Notes under the pieces: model-generated
What the model was told of the DNA's origin: nothing
What the model saw: the letters and a program-made list of their open reading frames with translations, nothing else
The model's database searches: none
Shown: piece after piece, positions 22,806 through 36,327 of the stretch
Layout of the letters: every line of letters starts with the position of its first letter
Numbering within the stretch: the first letter of the stretch is position 1
Assembly (NCBI GenBank): GCA_036630325.1
Contig: CP142733.1
Location: 744,001-808,000 of the forward strand
Direction of reading: 5' to 3'
DNA: 64,000 nt
DNA from: Vairimorpha necatrix
Lineage: Eukaryota
Position numbers and translations under genes: made by a program

Positions 22806-25636
22806 TAAAATAAAGTCTATTAAAAAAAAATATTAATGGTATAAATGTCGTATAAATATAAGGTGTAAAACAAATAAAATTCGTATAAAAAAGCTATTAT
22901 TGGGTTTAATTTCTTCAATTTACCTCCACTGCCGTGCACTCAATCTGGTCCCACCACCTTCTAACTACCTCTAATATGTTCTTGAATCCAGATCCTCCTT
23001 CGGCGAGTCCCACCCGGCGTTAAAAGGAGATGCTCTTCAGAGTATTTTTTATAATTCATATTATAATGTAAACTTCGGTGCTAGTTGATAGGCCGATGGC
23101 ATTAACATAATTGATGTGGTATGATTTCACAATTAACCCCAAGTAATGACGTATAGTATTATTTGAACTTTGTTTTTGTACATTAAGCCATATTCATTCG
23201 CTTGATATCAAACTTTAAGTAAGTTATTCTGGGTAATTATTCCTATTTCGATTAGTGTTATTTTTTATTTTTCTTGACTAGTACTAATTTACAGCCTTAT
23301 TAAATTGTAGCTTTATATCAGTGTTGATCATCGTGTCTGACCGAATTTCTGCGTATAATTAGCTATTTTCTTGCACATTGTGGTTTCGTATTGTCTTATA
23401 TGATCTTAGTCCATACTTCAAGAATAGCTAAAGTGAGATGAATATAACAGCTTCATTATGTCTTCTACTATAATAAAATGATAGCATACGATCACAACTT
23501 GTTTAAATGTGATCATCTTTCTAAAGTTAATAATTTTTATTATTGCTTTGATATTACAATGGAATCTAAAGTCTTGAATACAGAATTATCTACAGGAGTA
23601 ATAAAAATTTTGTTATAAACTAAAATTCGTCAAAGCAAGAAACCAAATTTTCGTTTTTACGAGGTAAAAAGATCTTTTTTGAAGAAAAAATGTGTCCTAG
23701 TCGTAATGAAATCAAAAAAAATATGTATATGGTGAAAGATGCAAAATACTGCTAAGTAATGAATACATTGGGCGCAAAATTATATTATATAGATCTCCAA
23801 TATAAATATGAAAAAATAAGATTGAAAGTTGGTTAAATACTGTGTCTATTCTGTTCAATGAATATTTGCAAAAAATTGTAATAATTGGGTCGACATGAAC
23901 ATGAAGACAGATGTAAAACGAATCAAAAAAAATACGAAGGTATCAAAGCTAAGCGAAATTGAAAGTTTTAGAAGAATAAAATAGAATTACGTCGGTTGAC
24001 AACCTTTCTCAAATACAATCAGCAAAACTATCTAAATACGAATTATTTGCTAGTGAAAATGGGTTATTTTAATAAGATAAAAATTTTAATTTCATAGTGC
24101 TTTCATGGCCACGTTCTACGTAGCACGCAAGATGCAGAAAAGGGCTGAAATGTTTTTTTTAAAAAGTTGTCTTATCAATTAACAACTCCTAAGAATGGCC
24201 GATTTACACCACGCTAGATCTTTGGAGATTAACAGAGAAAATCTTGAATCATTACGCGAAAGGAGTCCTTAATATGATTTCTTCTTCTAATAATGTTTCT
24301 AGCAGTTTAAACAAACAAATTATCGCCAAATTAATTTATTGTGTTTTCTAAAAAAATTTATTTCGCAATAAATTGCCTAAATCGACCCAGAAATTCACAA
24401 TTAAAACAAGAAATATAAAAAATATTAGATTTTCTATTAAACAAGTTAGAATGATTTATAAATCGAAATCATTGTTTTTTTAATAAGTGCACACAATTGG
24501 ATTAACGAAATACATTATAAATTCCGTTTGAAAAACAGAATTTATTTTTAGCAATTTACAATCAGTATATAGTTTTATGTGAGCCTTTTATTCTTTTAAA
24601 TTGTATTTAGACGAAAAAATACAAGAGGGAAATCCCGAAGAATATTTATCACGACTTTAGGTATAATGTGAAATGTTTTCTTTCTTTGATGGCGGAAACT
24701 AGTAAAGAGTTACTATTAAGACTTATTTAAATCATATAATGGTTAAAAAAATATTAAAATAGTCCCGGCCTTCGGACTACAAAAATCTGACAATATCTAA
24801 TTAATTAGAAAAAAAAACAATACTAGAACAAGGGTCATCATGATTTTTATGAATTTATTTAGAAAACAGAATCAAATTATAAAAATTTTCAACTTAGTGT
24901 TTTATATCAATCAAATAAGAGAAGTTCTATTTGTAATTTTTAACCATACATGTGACACCAAAAGAGAATGATGCCTTTTTATAAAAATGAAGGCAAAAAT
25001 AAATTTAAAAACAAATGTAGTAAATGAGAAATAAATACATTTTTTTCATTAGTTTTGAAGGTATCCTTATAGTGTTGTCTCTACACTCAAAATCACGGAG
25101 CATATGAATAATGTGAGAAAAATGTACTAAAATTAAAAAAAATAAACGCTGTTATAATATTAAAAATAAGTTTTGAAAATTTTATCCATCATAATCATGT
25201 GGAGATAAAAATCATACAACAAACTGTTTCTTTTTGAAAAAAAAAATTAAAAAATTATAAGATCTTGTAATACTACCGAGAAATGAAATACAATCGTGCC
25301 TATTCCAAGAATATGGTTTTAAAATCAAATCATTCAAAGTTTAGTATTTTTGTTAAAAATCCCGAAAAAAGTAAAATAAATATGCAATAGTTATTATGAT
25401 AGTCTAAATTTCAAAAAATAATAACTTAAATTGTGATCACAAATTAAATGACTACTTTAATGAACAAAAAAATCTATAGTTAATTAGACTCTAATTTTTA
25501 GTTAATGAAACATCTTTTCTTTTCTTATGTCTCTATTTCAGTCTTGATATGCTTCTCTTGTAAGTAGAGATGATTAAACTCCCCGTCTCTTGTTTTTTTT
25601 TTCATATTTATCAAGAACTTCTGATATTCTATATTT

Positions 25637-25822
25637 TGAAGAGATACTTTCAAGAGTCCTTTTTAGAACATGAGATTGGATATACGCCTCGTCGAATGTT
25701 GGTACATTACACCTTCTTCTGTGCATTTCATGGTATTTGGTAACCACGCCGTCCCATGTTTATACATACGGAATAATATTACACTTTAAGTCATACAACA
25801 GTGACATTTTATTGGCAATAAT
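25637..25822 (-). pseudogene. Relic of the C-terminal restriction-like endonuclease region of a non-LTR retrotransposon
   Basis: Hand translation IIANKMSLLYDLKCNIIPYV*TWDGVVTKYH...EAYIQSHVLKRTLESIS, with an in-frame stop. The motif is recalled from microsporidian non-LTR RT proteins, not confirmed by search. Confidence 0.65.
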
Positions 25823-26114
25823 TGCTACGGTGGTTATAATCTTTTCAATTTAAACGTTATTATGTTCAAGTGAATTTAGCTATAAAGTTTATTTTGCACA
25901 ACTAATAATTTCTATCACCTTTTATTTTCAATCTGCTATATAAAGTCCCCTATAAAAAAATTTTATTTTATGAATCAATTTTAAATCTTATTCAAAAAAT
26001 TAAAAGCTCAATATATAAAATTTAATAATAACATAGGGGAGTGTATACGAGAATAGATATTGACTCAAACAGATATTTCTTTATTAACTAAACATAAACA
26101 AAAATCCGAACAAG

Positions 26115-26236
26115 AATAGTTGTCTATGTGAGTTATGGACATTAATAACACGTATAAATACCAGGAACAAGGTATCCAATCAATTCTTTAAGCATACATC
26201 TAATCTATTGTGTCGAAGAAGACTTTAGAGTCTATT
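26115..26236 (+). pseudogene. Second, more degraded relic of the same non-LTR C-terminus
   Basis: AYI*SIVSKKTLESI at 26192-26236 matches AYIQSHVLKRTLESI of the relic at 25637-25822. Confidence 0.5.
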
Positions 26237-29005
26237 TATTGAAGGATACAATACGATGAAATTGGAAAGGGATGAAAGAATATGTAACTAGAGTTTATGT
26301 GAACAACATAAATTTAAATTCAAAGAGAAAGTGGTATTTAGATATGTATTTTAGTAAAACCAGAGCTGAAAGCATTAATATGACACAATTTTTATGTTTG
26401 TAAAAAGCAAAATTTCATAAGCGATGCGGTTATTAGGTTTAATAACAATAAATCGAGATAAATTAAACAATAAATATAGTTTATAATAATTTAGCCCAAA
26501 AATGTTACTATATATTTGTTCTGTGTGTAATTATAGCATTTAATTGTCTTTACATACAAATAAACGTATCATCTAGCATGTATAAAACTATCGAAATGCT
26601 GTGAAGTGTTTATATTGAGTGAATGAATGTTAAAATGTAGTTCTTTGGATGCAGTGATATTAAAGAGATTTGTCATTAAGAGTATGTATAAAAAATAAAA
26701 GAACAAAGTGGAAAGATTAATTCACTAATTAATTAAAAAGCAATTGCCTATACGAATTCGTTAAGGTACATCATAATCATGTTTGGTGGCAATTAAAAAT
26801 TATTAGTAATTTAAAATTTTAAGGATCGATTAATATATTGTACACACTAGATTTAAAATAATACAAAATTATCTGGATTCGAAGTAATAGTTATTAATCT
26901 TTTTATATAGATCATAAATACATGGGTCTATATTGCATACGTGGAATATTTTGGTAAATCATAAGTAAAAATCATTGAACTAATGTCCAATCGCCAATAC
27001 ATTAAACATTTCCCATAAATGGGTTAAATGTTTAATATCAATCTTTGATTTTTTTGTATCACTTAGAAAAATTATTTTCATATAAAGTGGTTTCTTGACA
27101 TTGACCAAAAAATCGTACGATTATTAATATAAAAAAATTCTTTTTACACAATAAAGATGGGTAAAAAATATTATTATAGTGTATTAAACAAAAGAATAAA
27201 TAGAAAACAATATTCTAATTAATGTAAAAAACGTGCTTTGGCAACAAATTATGTTTTACTAATATCTTTTTTTACTACGGAAAAAAATTTGATATATATG
27301 TTCAAAAGGAATATTTCCCAATGTTCAGAATTATTAATTTATTCTAAACGAATGCATACGACAAATGATTCGCAAAAGCTCATTTTAATTGAAGTATATA
27401 CAGTCACATTAATATATAATGGTAGAAATGTCCTGTTCTGTTTTGTTAAACCATGTTAGTGACGATTTTTATTATAACGGTCGTAGACATATAACCAATG
27501 GATGCAACAATCAGCGATCGTATAGCATTGATTCTCATGTGTTAATGTTTGCTGTTTGTATTTGGGCTACTTTCTTGTTTAGCCATGCAGAGCAACAATA
27601 AGTCTAATAATTTCAATGATAAAAATATTTATACGGATACGGCAAGTCATTTGGTAAGAAATAATGCAGTATAAATATTAGTTATAAAAAACATCAGTTT
27701 AATCGAAAGGTTATTTTCAAGCCGATGTTTAAATGTGGTTTGATGTTTTCTGTGATAAATATTTTTGTTGAAACGTTTAATTCAACTATTAAATAAGATC
27801 AGATTGAAACAGCATGGTCAATGAATAAAATCTTATTATTTTTTTATTCATTTCCTTAAGCATTGCAAGGATTAAAATAAATGGAATGGAAATAATCATT
27901 GAAACCATAATATTCAAGTATCTATATTCTATTATTTTCGTGAAGGTGACGTATAATATATAAATGACAATTAACGACATTCATGTTCCTTTGATCGTAC
28001 AAAGTGTCTTAATTTACATATGTAAATGTTTTCGTTGTTTAAATACATGCTCTATCATTTATATCTTAATACTGTATAAATTATAAATAACATATTTATA
28101 TCAATATATAAATGCTTGTTTTAATTATGATTGATCTTTAGCGCTCGTATCTAAACAAAATCATATAAAAGTGTCGATAATACTCTTTTATAAAATTATT
28201 TTCATTGAATAATATTTGTATTGATACTAGTATCGCTTTAAATGTATTTTTAAAACTAATAAACATAAAAAATGTAAAACAATAAAAATAAATTCTATAA
28301 ATTTTATACTCTATAAAAATAAGCATTCGTTGTATTATCTTCAATAATAAATAATGAAATCTAAACGTATTTAAAGCAAACCTTTCTCTTTTCTTATTTT
28401 CCGACTGAATTTTATATATATATATATATATATATAAATATATATATTTCAAAGTCATTAAAGTATAAATTTAGTTTGAATTTTTTGAAAAAAATTTCAG
28501 ATATGTTCAAATTTAATGCTTAAGCTTTATTTGTACAATCTTGATTAACTATTTAAAATATATTCATATATATTTATATAAATGGTTTATCAAAATTGAT
28601 TATGACTCATCTAATCTTTAAATAAAAAGTTATTAAAATATGGTTCAAAAAAAGTTTCAAAAAGAACTAAGTGAATAAGTCAACATCAACCATTTTAAAT
28701 ACATGAAAATATTCACGAAACTAAATGGCAGAAAATTAAAACAAATTATTATTGGTTTACAGCAACATTATGATAAAATTTTGTGAAGAACGCGACACAA
28801 ATAATCAGGAAAATAACAAATAAACAACTTCCAAAAAATATGTCAAATATTTACCAACTTAAGAACAACAACAAAAAACCAATTATAAATAAACCAAAAT
28901 TGAAGGAAATATTTATGTTTGAACATTTTTATCTCAATTCTATACGTCTGTATTATTTTGTAATTTGTTTCTCAGATAAAAATATGCATTTACTACAAAT
29001 GGTTG

Positions 29006-29205
29006 TGTTACCGGCCGTGTTACACACGCCAAAAATCAGACTGAAACTGAAAGAAGAAACAGTTGATAATGATCTGAAACCAACTGGTTTCAGACCCGAA
29101 ACTAAAACTATTTAAAAATCTTAAATAGGGAAAACATTCCAAATAAATATTGTTCTAGTTCTAATATAAGGCCTTATTCAATAATTAGCTCTCCTTCTGG
29201 TAACA
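29006..29205. repeat. Solo LTR (family shared with 14638..14833)
   Basis: TGTTACC...GGTAACA ends, flanks GGTTG/GGTTA (4/5 TSD), internal hairpin CTGAAACCA-AC-TGGTTTCAG. Confidence 0.75.
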
Positions 29206-29855
29206 GGTTATATTTTTAGCTAACTATATTTATCTATCAAAACGTTTTATAATGGACTATTTTTAAAAGTATACTAGATATATGAATCATGAAAATGCAA
29301 TTTCAAAAAAAAGATCTATATCAATTATTTATATTATCTTTTATAAATCTTATAATACATTTATTTACATCTGAAACATATTATCAAAAATTAAAATTTT
29401 AAAGTATTTATAAAATTTATAAAATAATCGTGATTTTATATTTTAAGAAAAAATGATTGTAAATTTGTTACAGTTAGACCATTTAAAATTTTTGAAATAT
29501 GATATTGTACACTACAACTTTATGTTTGTTTTATTCACGCCCCTGTCAAAAATCCCAGTTCATTAATTAACGTCAAAGATCTCAATTAGTTACGTTTGGA
29601 TGGATATTTTCATTCTTATTATACGTTTTCAAGACAACAATCTTTCTAGCATCTTTTAATTATATTTTTTATAAAGAATTTAATTTTTTTTAAAATTTTG
29701 CAGATTAAAAATAATCTTTTTTATATTAATTTTATCTCATACACAACAAAATTTCAAAAGTTCTAATAGAATAATTTTAAAATGGAAAATAACATGATCT
29801 TTATTAAAAACGTTTTTCATCTTTTTCTATTTAATGAAAAAAATTTAATAACCCC

Positions 29856-30644
29856 ATGTGGATTGTCTTTTTTCATGTTGTTGCTAAATTATGTACTGAC
29901 AATATATTTGTAGTTCCAAACTATAATAATGCAAATGTTTACATTTCATTAAAACATAGTGATTTACCAGGAACTTATATCATTACTGAGTTAATAAATG
30001 AAGATACTGTTAGTGGATGCGTAAAAACTTATAATCATAGATCGAAATCAGTGGGGCAAACTATACCACATTATTTCAAATCAATTACTTCAGAAGAAAC
30101 AAATAGTTTAGAACAATTTTTAAATGGTCATAAAATTTGTAACACCAATGATAATGAGAAAGTTGAATCGTTCTTAAAAAGTGACTATGTAGCAGTAGCA
30201 AAAATTCCATTATTTAAAAATAAAATATATTTTATTGATGTGATGAAATCAAAGAATCTATCAACCGTCGATATTTACTCTACAAGTAAAAAACTCACCT
30301 TTAATGAATTAAGTAATTTTTATACCGTAGAATTGTCCGCTCGATATTATTTTATGTCAGATAATGTATCTTCACCTATTCCTTCGTTATATAAAAATGG
30401 ATTACTAAGATTTTCTAATTGCCCAAATATAAACAATGATTTAAAAAACAACAATGAAAGGTTAAGATATCAGAAATCCGGAGAATGCACAATACATGAA
30501 AATCAACGGATCAATAACAATTACCTTAAAAGTCAAGAAATTTCAGAAACTAATATTCAAAAATGCAAAAGAATTATATCGGATCGAACATTACTATTCG
30601 CAACGAATTTTTCGAAAAAAATAAAAAAAACATTCAATTTCTAA
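29856..30644 (+). CDS. Family-A putative secreted protein
   Basis: CCCC-ATG, hydrophobic N-terminus, IFVVPNYNNANVYISLKHSDLPGTYIITEL, VAVAKI, VMKSKN. Confidence 0.85.
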   Translation: MWIVFFHVVAKLCTDNIFVVPNYNNANVYISLKHSDLPGTYIITELINEDTVSGCVKTYNHRSKSVGQTIPHYFKSITSEETNSLEQFLNGHKICNTNDNEKVESFLKSDYVAVAKIPLFKNKIYFIDVMKSKNLSTVDIYSTSKKLTFNELSNFYTVELSARYYFMSDNVSSPIPSLYKNGLLRFSNCPNINNDLKNNNERLRYQKSGECTIHENQRINNNYLKSQEISETNIQKCKRIISDRTLLFATNFSKKIKKTFNF

Positions 30645-33225
30645 TTGAGAATATTATCGCAACTTTAATTATTACAATAAAGTTTTTAATTAAATTTATT
30701 TTTTTAATGATGATAAATTATAAAAGTTTTTTTGTATCAATGATGGATTGAACAACATTTTCTATCCATAATCGTTAGAGCTAGCTCTCTACAGTTGTTC
30801 GTTACTATGGAAAATATTTATGTTCTTACGTACAAATGTTTTAATGGTCTACTTTTGCTTTTGTCTACCAAGTCTCTACATATATCTGACCAACTATTTA
30901 CTTAATTAACACCCTGATCGTATCTTCTTTATTAGTTGAAACAGACTCTGCAGTCTTTTTCAAATAGATTTGGTGCATACTTTCTCAATTTCTAGTTTTC
31001 AGTTTCTTGTTGTACTTTTTTGCTATTTGGTCTCCGTTTCATCCCATTTAAATACATATGTCTACTTTTGAACATAATTTATGTATTTGGTTCAGGCCAT
31101 AATCTACAGATTAGCTTTTAGCTTTTCATTTTCGACTTAAATAAGTCCAATCTGATAGTGCCCAACTGCCAAATTGATGTTTTTCTTGGAATAATGTTTT
31201 TTATTTAGATCTTAATTGAAGAGGCATAAGTTTTAAGACATTAAATCATAAATGTTCCATTAGTAAATATATCTAATTATATAAAATTACACACATCTAT
31301 AACATATCTCGCTTTAATAGTTATTTTATATTTTTATAATCTATAAGCTTTTAAATAACAAATGATTAAGATTTGGAAAATTAAATTATTAGAATATTTG
31401 TCATTTAGACCTGTATTTATATTATCCTTTTCCATATAACTAATTTATCATAAATAATGAAATAAAAAAAAAGTTTTCTGATATATATATATGGAATGAT
31501 TATCTGATTAAAAAAAAGAAAGGTGCGCAAGTTTTAGATTTAATATGCAAGCTGAAAAAACTAAATAAAATATTTTCTATTGTATGTAAAATTATTTAGT
31601 GTATCATAGTAATCTAATGTATGCAAGTAGATAAATAATAAATTTTTTTTTACGTTCTCTAAATCTTTTTAATTTTAATGTTGAAATATAATAAAACTTC
31701 AAAAAAGAGGTGGAAAATATATTTTTATATTTGTAATGCCATGAAATGTATGTTAAATTTGTTTAGAATATTCCTGAAGCATAAGGTTTCGAATGTTACA
31801 GAAATACACGAAAAGTTTGAAGTTGAAACTGTATTAAATTTTATTGAATTCTAACTTGGATTTAAGAATTGTGTGTATAAATTATAAAGCACGAAATAAT
31901 TATAGAGTAAATTATGGATCATTTTCAAAATACGTCCATCTAAATAGAATATGTGAAGAGTTGAAGTTTCGCAACTCTTAAGAACAAGATATTTAACAAA
32001 TACATCGCAAGTTAACGCACATCCTAGCAAGTTGCTATTATAACCGTCTAAAAGTAAACTGTTAGTTGTTTAACACATAAATTGTTTTGTAATATCAATA
32101 TGTTGCAAAGCTCTTAATCATAGAATGGTTTCATACTAGGCTGTAGATGATAATGCCAAATATTGAGATTAACGAAACAAAGTTTAAAATAAAAAATTTA
32201 TATATGTAGAGAGTAGAATGTATTTGAAGTGTTTATTTTTAAGAAAATTTATCTATTCTATAGTATTATAAACCTCTTAGAATAAAATTTAAATAATCAT
32301 CAAATTATTGAAAATTTTATGATCTATAGAGTTAAAGTTATATTGATTTTTAAATATTTATACTATAAAAAACACAAATGCAATATTGAATATAATTATC
32401 TCGTCAATTATTAATGATGTATCATACTTAAACTATTACTTTTCAAATTATGAAATTTTTAGTATTCATACGTGACTTTCTTTAATGTATATAAATATTG
32501 CTAGTTTATAACTTTTTGCATTTCATATAATTATAATATAATGAGAGAATAGTATTTTGTAGACTTACCTATTAGTTTACTTATTTAAGACGGTTTTATA
32601 TATTATGATAGACTTTTTTCAACATACTAAATTTTATAATTTATATTATGTAAATTTTTTTTGTAATGTTATATATCAAAATACACATTCTTAAAATTAC
32701 ATCTAATTTTTGAAATAATTGACTATTAAAAATAATGATATTTTTTAGTCTGTTTCTTTTCATAAAGAATTTTCTCCTAGATTTTACATTACATTGTGTG
32801 TCAAACGTTTTAATTTGTTAACTTATGTCAAAACTCTCACTTCGAGGAAATTTATGTCACAATAAATCATTATTGATTTTCATGACTAATCTATTTTAGA
32901 CTAATGATAAAAAACATTTTGTTACTTTTTTATCTCGTAAGAATTATTTGTAATGGGGTTGAATTTATTATGATTAGTGATTATATATAAAATTTGTAAT
33001 TTTTATTTTGAAAGTTATTATTTTTGGTTTAAATCTTTAATCATATAATTTTTTTTTATTGTATCTAATTGATGATCAAATATATTAAAAAGTTTTAATT
33101 AAATTTATTTAATAAAATGACATAAGATTTTTTTTATAGTTTCTTTAAAGTTAAAAATAACACTAGTTTTAGAAGAAAAAATCTAAATTTTTTAGCTATT
33201 TAAAGAAAAAAAATTAAATAGCCCC

Positions 33226-34137
33226 ATGTTATTTTTCAATTTTCTTATTGTTGAAATATTTAGCACGCACAATATATTTGTAGTACCGGATAATGATAAT
33301 GCTAATGTTTATATAACATTAAAACAGAAAGATTTGCCTGGAAGTTATATAATTCGCGAACTAAATGAAGAAAATTGTGTAAACGAATCCGTAAAAACCA
33401 ATAACCAAAGATTAAATACAGAAGATAAAACCAAACTACATTATTTCAATCCAATAACATTAGAAGAAAGAAGAGTCCTAGAACATATTTTGAATTGTTA
33501 TAAAACGCTAAACTTTAAAGATAGAAAAAAAGTTGAAATGTTCCTAAAAGGAGATGTCTTAGCGGTAGCAAAAATTCAAACTTATATAAATTATTCTATT
33601 GGTGTGATGAAATCAAAAAATTTTGTTACTGTTGACAAATATTTGAACAGTAAAAAATTTAAATTAGACAAATTTCCTAAAATCTACTCATTAGAATTTT
33701 ATGTTTCTTATGATTCCAAAGAAAATCAAATGGCACATTTTATTCCTTGTTTTTATAAAAATGCACTGTTAAAAAATCAACAATCAGAATTGCAAAATAG
33801 GGTTCACGGAAGAAGTGAAGAATATCTAAATGAAAGATCATATGTTAAAAATTTAAAAAATACAACGATTGATACAATAATTTCAGAAATAGACAATAGT
33901 TTTAAATATCAAACGCCCGAGGAATACCATAAAAATAGACATGAAGTTAATTCTAATACACGAGAAACCCATGAGGAAGTTAGAACAGCACCCATAAACA
34001 GAAGTAGATTGAATGGCTTATTTTCATCAGTTCAAAATCTCTTAAATATAGGAAATTCTAGCAATCAAAATGATACTAACAGAAGAAATAGAAGAAATTC
34101 ATTAAATTCACCTTTAAATCGTGGTTCTAGGTTCTGA
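33226..34137 (+). CDS. Family-A putative secreted protein (closest paralog 44540..45499)
   Basis: CCCC-ATG, MLFFNFLIVEIFS, family motifs, C-terminal NRSRLNGLFSSVQNL and RRNRR. Confidence 0.85.
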   Translation: MLFFNFLIVEIFSTHNIFVVPDNDNANVYITLKQKDLPGSYIIRELNEENCVNESVKTNNQRLNTEDKTKLHYFNPITLEERRVLEHILNCYKTLNFKDRKKVEMFLKGDVLAVAKIQTYINYSIGVMKSKNFVTVDKYLNSKKFKLDKFPKIYSLEFYVSYDSKENQMAHFIPCFYKNALLKNQQSELQNRVHGRSEEYLNERSYVKNLKNTTIDTIISEIDNSFKYQTPEEYHKNRHEVNSNTRETHEEVRTAPINRSRLNGLFSSVQNLLNIGNSSNQNDTNRRNRRNSLNSPLNRGSRF

Positions 34138-35081
34138 TAACAAAAAAGCTTTATTTATAAATTGAATATTTATATTGAAATAATTATCAAACAAAAATTA
34201 TTAATAAGTAAATGTCTCTATAATCGGCATTTTAATCGAGATTTGAAAGTGAAAAATTGACTTAAGTAGACTTAATATAAACAGCCTTGGTTATTTCGAA
34301 TTAGTATGCAATTATTAAATAAAGCTATTTTTTAACAAATTTAGTGCATTAAAGGGCATATGTTTTTGTCTTTGCAAAAGCATTAAACAATTTATCATAT
34401 AAATTTTATATTTCTGAATATATAGCGACATGTTGTCATTTGTAATAATTTTGTATATTCCTGTGTTTTCCATATCAACTAAATAATAATAAAAGTTTTA
34501 AGCTATAGATATTTTTTTTTAAAGTTATATTAAAAGAAAACAAGTTAATATTTTGTTGCAAAAAAAGTGGATTTAAAATTCATAAATGAGCATTTTGAAA
34601 AAAAAAAACAAATTGTTAAAAGCATGTATTAATTTTGGTATCATTTATAAAAACACACTGTTATCTGAAGAAGATATCGCAAGCTGCTGATGTCGTAGCA
34701 TTTACTTTGAACCAATTAAGTTCTTAACTGGCGAGTGGATCAGACGTGTTAATTTTTTTTAATCCTGCTGAACGTAGGTTACAAACATTCCTGTGTGTTG
34801 TTCTAATCCTAAGAGATATTTTTCTCCTACAAGCAAGGCCTTTATGGTATTCTGACGGGGTCTAAATTTATTAGCTGTTGGAGTTTTTAATTGCTGGTGG
34901 CTTTTTTTTAATAACAATAAAAGTTTTTTAGTTTTTTTTAGCAAGGCCTTTATGATATTTTGGCGTTTATCACAAGTTATTAGCTGTTAGGGTTTTTATT
35001 TCTGTAAAAGGTTTTTTTAATATCAATTAAAGTTTTTAGTTTTTTACTAAGATTTTATTATTATCAAAATATAAAAAACAA

Positions 35082-35265
35082 GAGGTTAAGATGTCAGAAA
35101 TCCGAAGAATTTACAATAGAAGAAAAATCAACAAATAAATGGCAATAAGCTTGAAACTCAGAATTACATAAAATATTCTTTGGAAATTCAAGAAAATTCT
35201 ATCAGATCAAATATTACTAATCGCAACAAATATTTCGGTAAGAATGAAAAAACATTTATTTCTAA
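35082..35265 (+). pseudogene. 5'-truncated fragment of the 29856..30644 gene at the start of the second duplication unit
   Basis: AGGTTAAGATGTCAGAAATCCG...ACATTTATTTCTAATTGA aligns with 30459-30648, and the similarity continues into the 3' flank. Confidence 0.7.
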
Positions 35266-35323
35266 TTGAAATATTGTAGCAACTTTTAATTATTACAATA
35301 TAGTCATTTTTAAATTTTTTTTC

Positions 35324-35475
35324 GGTTAAATTGCGATGTTACCCCCCCCCCCCACCCCTAAAAAAATAAAAAAAAAAGGGGAAAAAATAAAAAAAAGGGG
35401 AAAAATAAAAAAAGGGGAAAAAATAAAAAAAGGGGAAAAAATAAAAAAAGGGGAAAAAATAAAAAAAAGGGGAAA
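35324..35475. repeat. Left Merlin TIR with C-run and about six 17-19-bp A-rich/GGGG subterminal repeats
   Basis: Reverse complement of 41558-41688, repeat unit AAAAAATAAAAAAAGGGG. Confidence 0.9.
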
Positions 35476-35606
35476 CAAACTTTATTCAAGTAATTCAAAA
35501 TCAAATTCGGGCGCTAAATCATAATTTAAAAATAATATATTATCAATCTCAAAGAAGCATAACATTCTTTCAAGTAGTGATTCTCTATAAATTAACTTAA
35601 AACGAG

Positions 35607-36238
35607 CTATATAAAGTTTTCGAATGAGATTAGTAAAGAATTATGGCTTGTTCCTTCTTTGCGCAATTCCCTTTTAATTACAGACCACATTCCCTCAATT
35701 GTTTGGGTGTGGGCGCCTGTTATTGGATTTACAAAATTTTGGCTATGATTTACAGTTAAATGTAAATAGTTATAATTCGGACATAGTTCCGAAAACCCTT
35801 CATAACCCCGCCAACAATCAGTAATAATTGTAGACCCAGGTGCGATTTTTCGTTTTATTAAATCGACAAGAGTAGCTCTTGATCGATTTTCAACAATTTC
35901 GAAAATAAAAGAATTGCTGTCTCCTCGTACAACTCCACCAACGGCCCAAACTTGGGATCGAAGGATTCTACCGTTATGGTTTTTACTTTTAACAAGCAAT
36001 GTCTCGTCTATTTCAACTACGCAATTTAAACCTCCTATGGTTTTGTTTTGAAGGTAGTTGAAATAGGATAAGAATACAGCGTTATTAAAACGCGTAAACC
36101 AGCGAGATACGGTACTACTATCTATATCCAATTCGATAGTAGCCGAAACATTGCTTACACCTTTAACCCATTCACACAGCAAAATTAAAAGATCTTCGAT
36201 ATCTAATCTAGAACTTTTAAAAATGCTTTCTTTGTAAA
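35607..36238 (-). pseudogene. Merlin transposase, catalytic (DDE) part downstream of the Helitron insertion
   Basis: IGG...VVEIDET, QVWAVGGV, GSTIITDCWRGY, HLTVNHSQNFVNPITGAHTQTIEGMWS are IS1595/ISXO2-type motifs. There is a probable further frameshift near the C-terminus. Confidence 0.9.
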
Positions 36239-36327
36239 CTAGCGTATGCACACCCGTTCTGAGAACGGGTTGTTTGTGTTTGCATGGGTACATGTTTTAA
36301 TTTTATCACATTATATTTATTCTTTAA

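Noticed and set aside
22920..23040. GC-richer island after the mini-LTR element (minus frame ..GFKNILEVVRRWWDQIEC..)
   Set aside because: Short, no start, no second copy; probably a TE relic that I cannot assign
34831..35045. Two tandem ~108-bp repeats starting AGCAAGGCCTTTATG
   Set aside because: Real but diverged local duplication at the segment boundary, with no evidence of function
35336..35524. ORF MLPPPPTPKKIKKKGEK... (and 41443..41673)
   Set aside because: These are translations of the Merlin TIR repeats; the equivalent frame in the other TIR stops after a few codons
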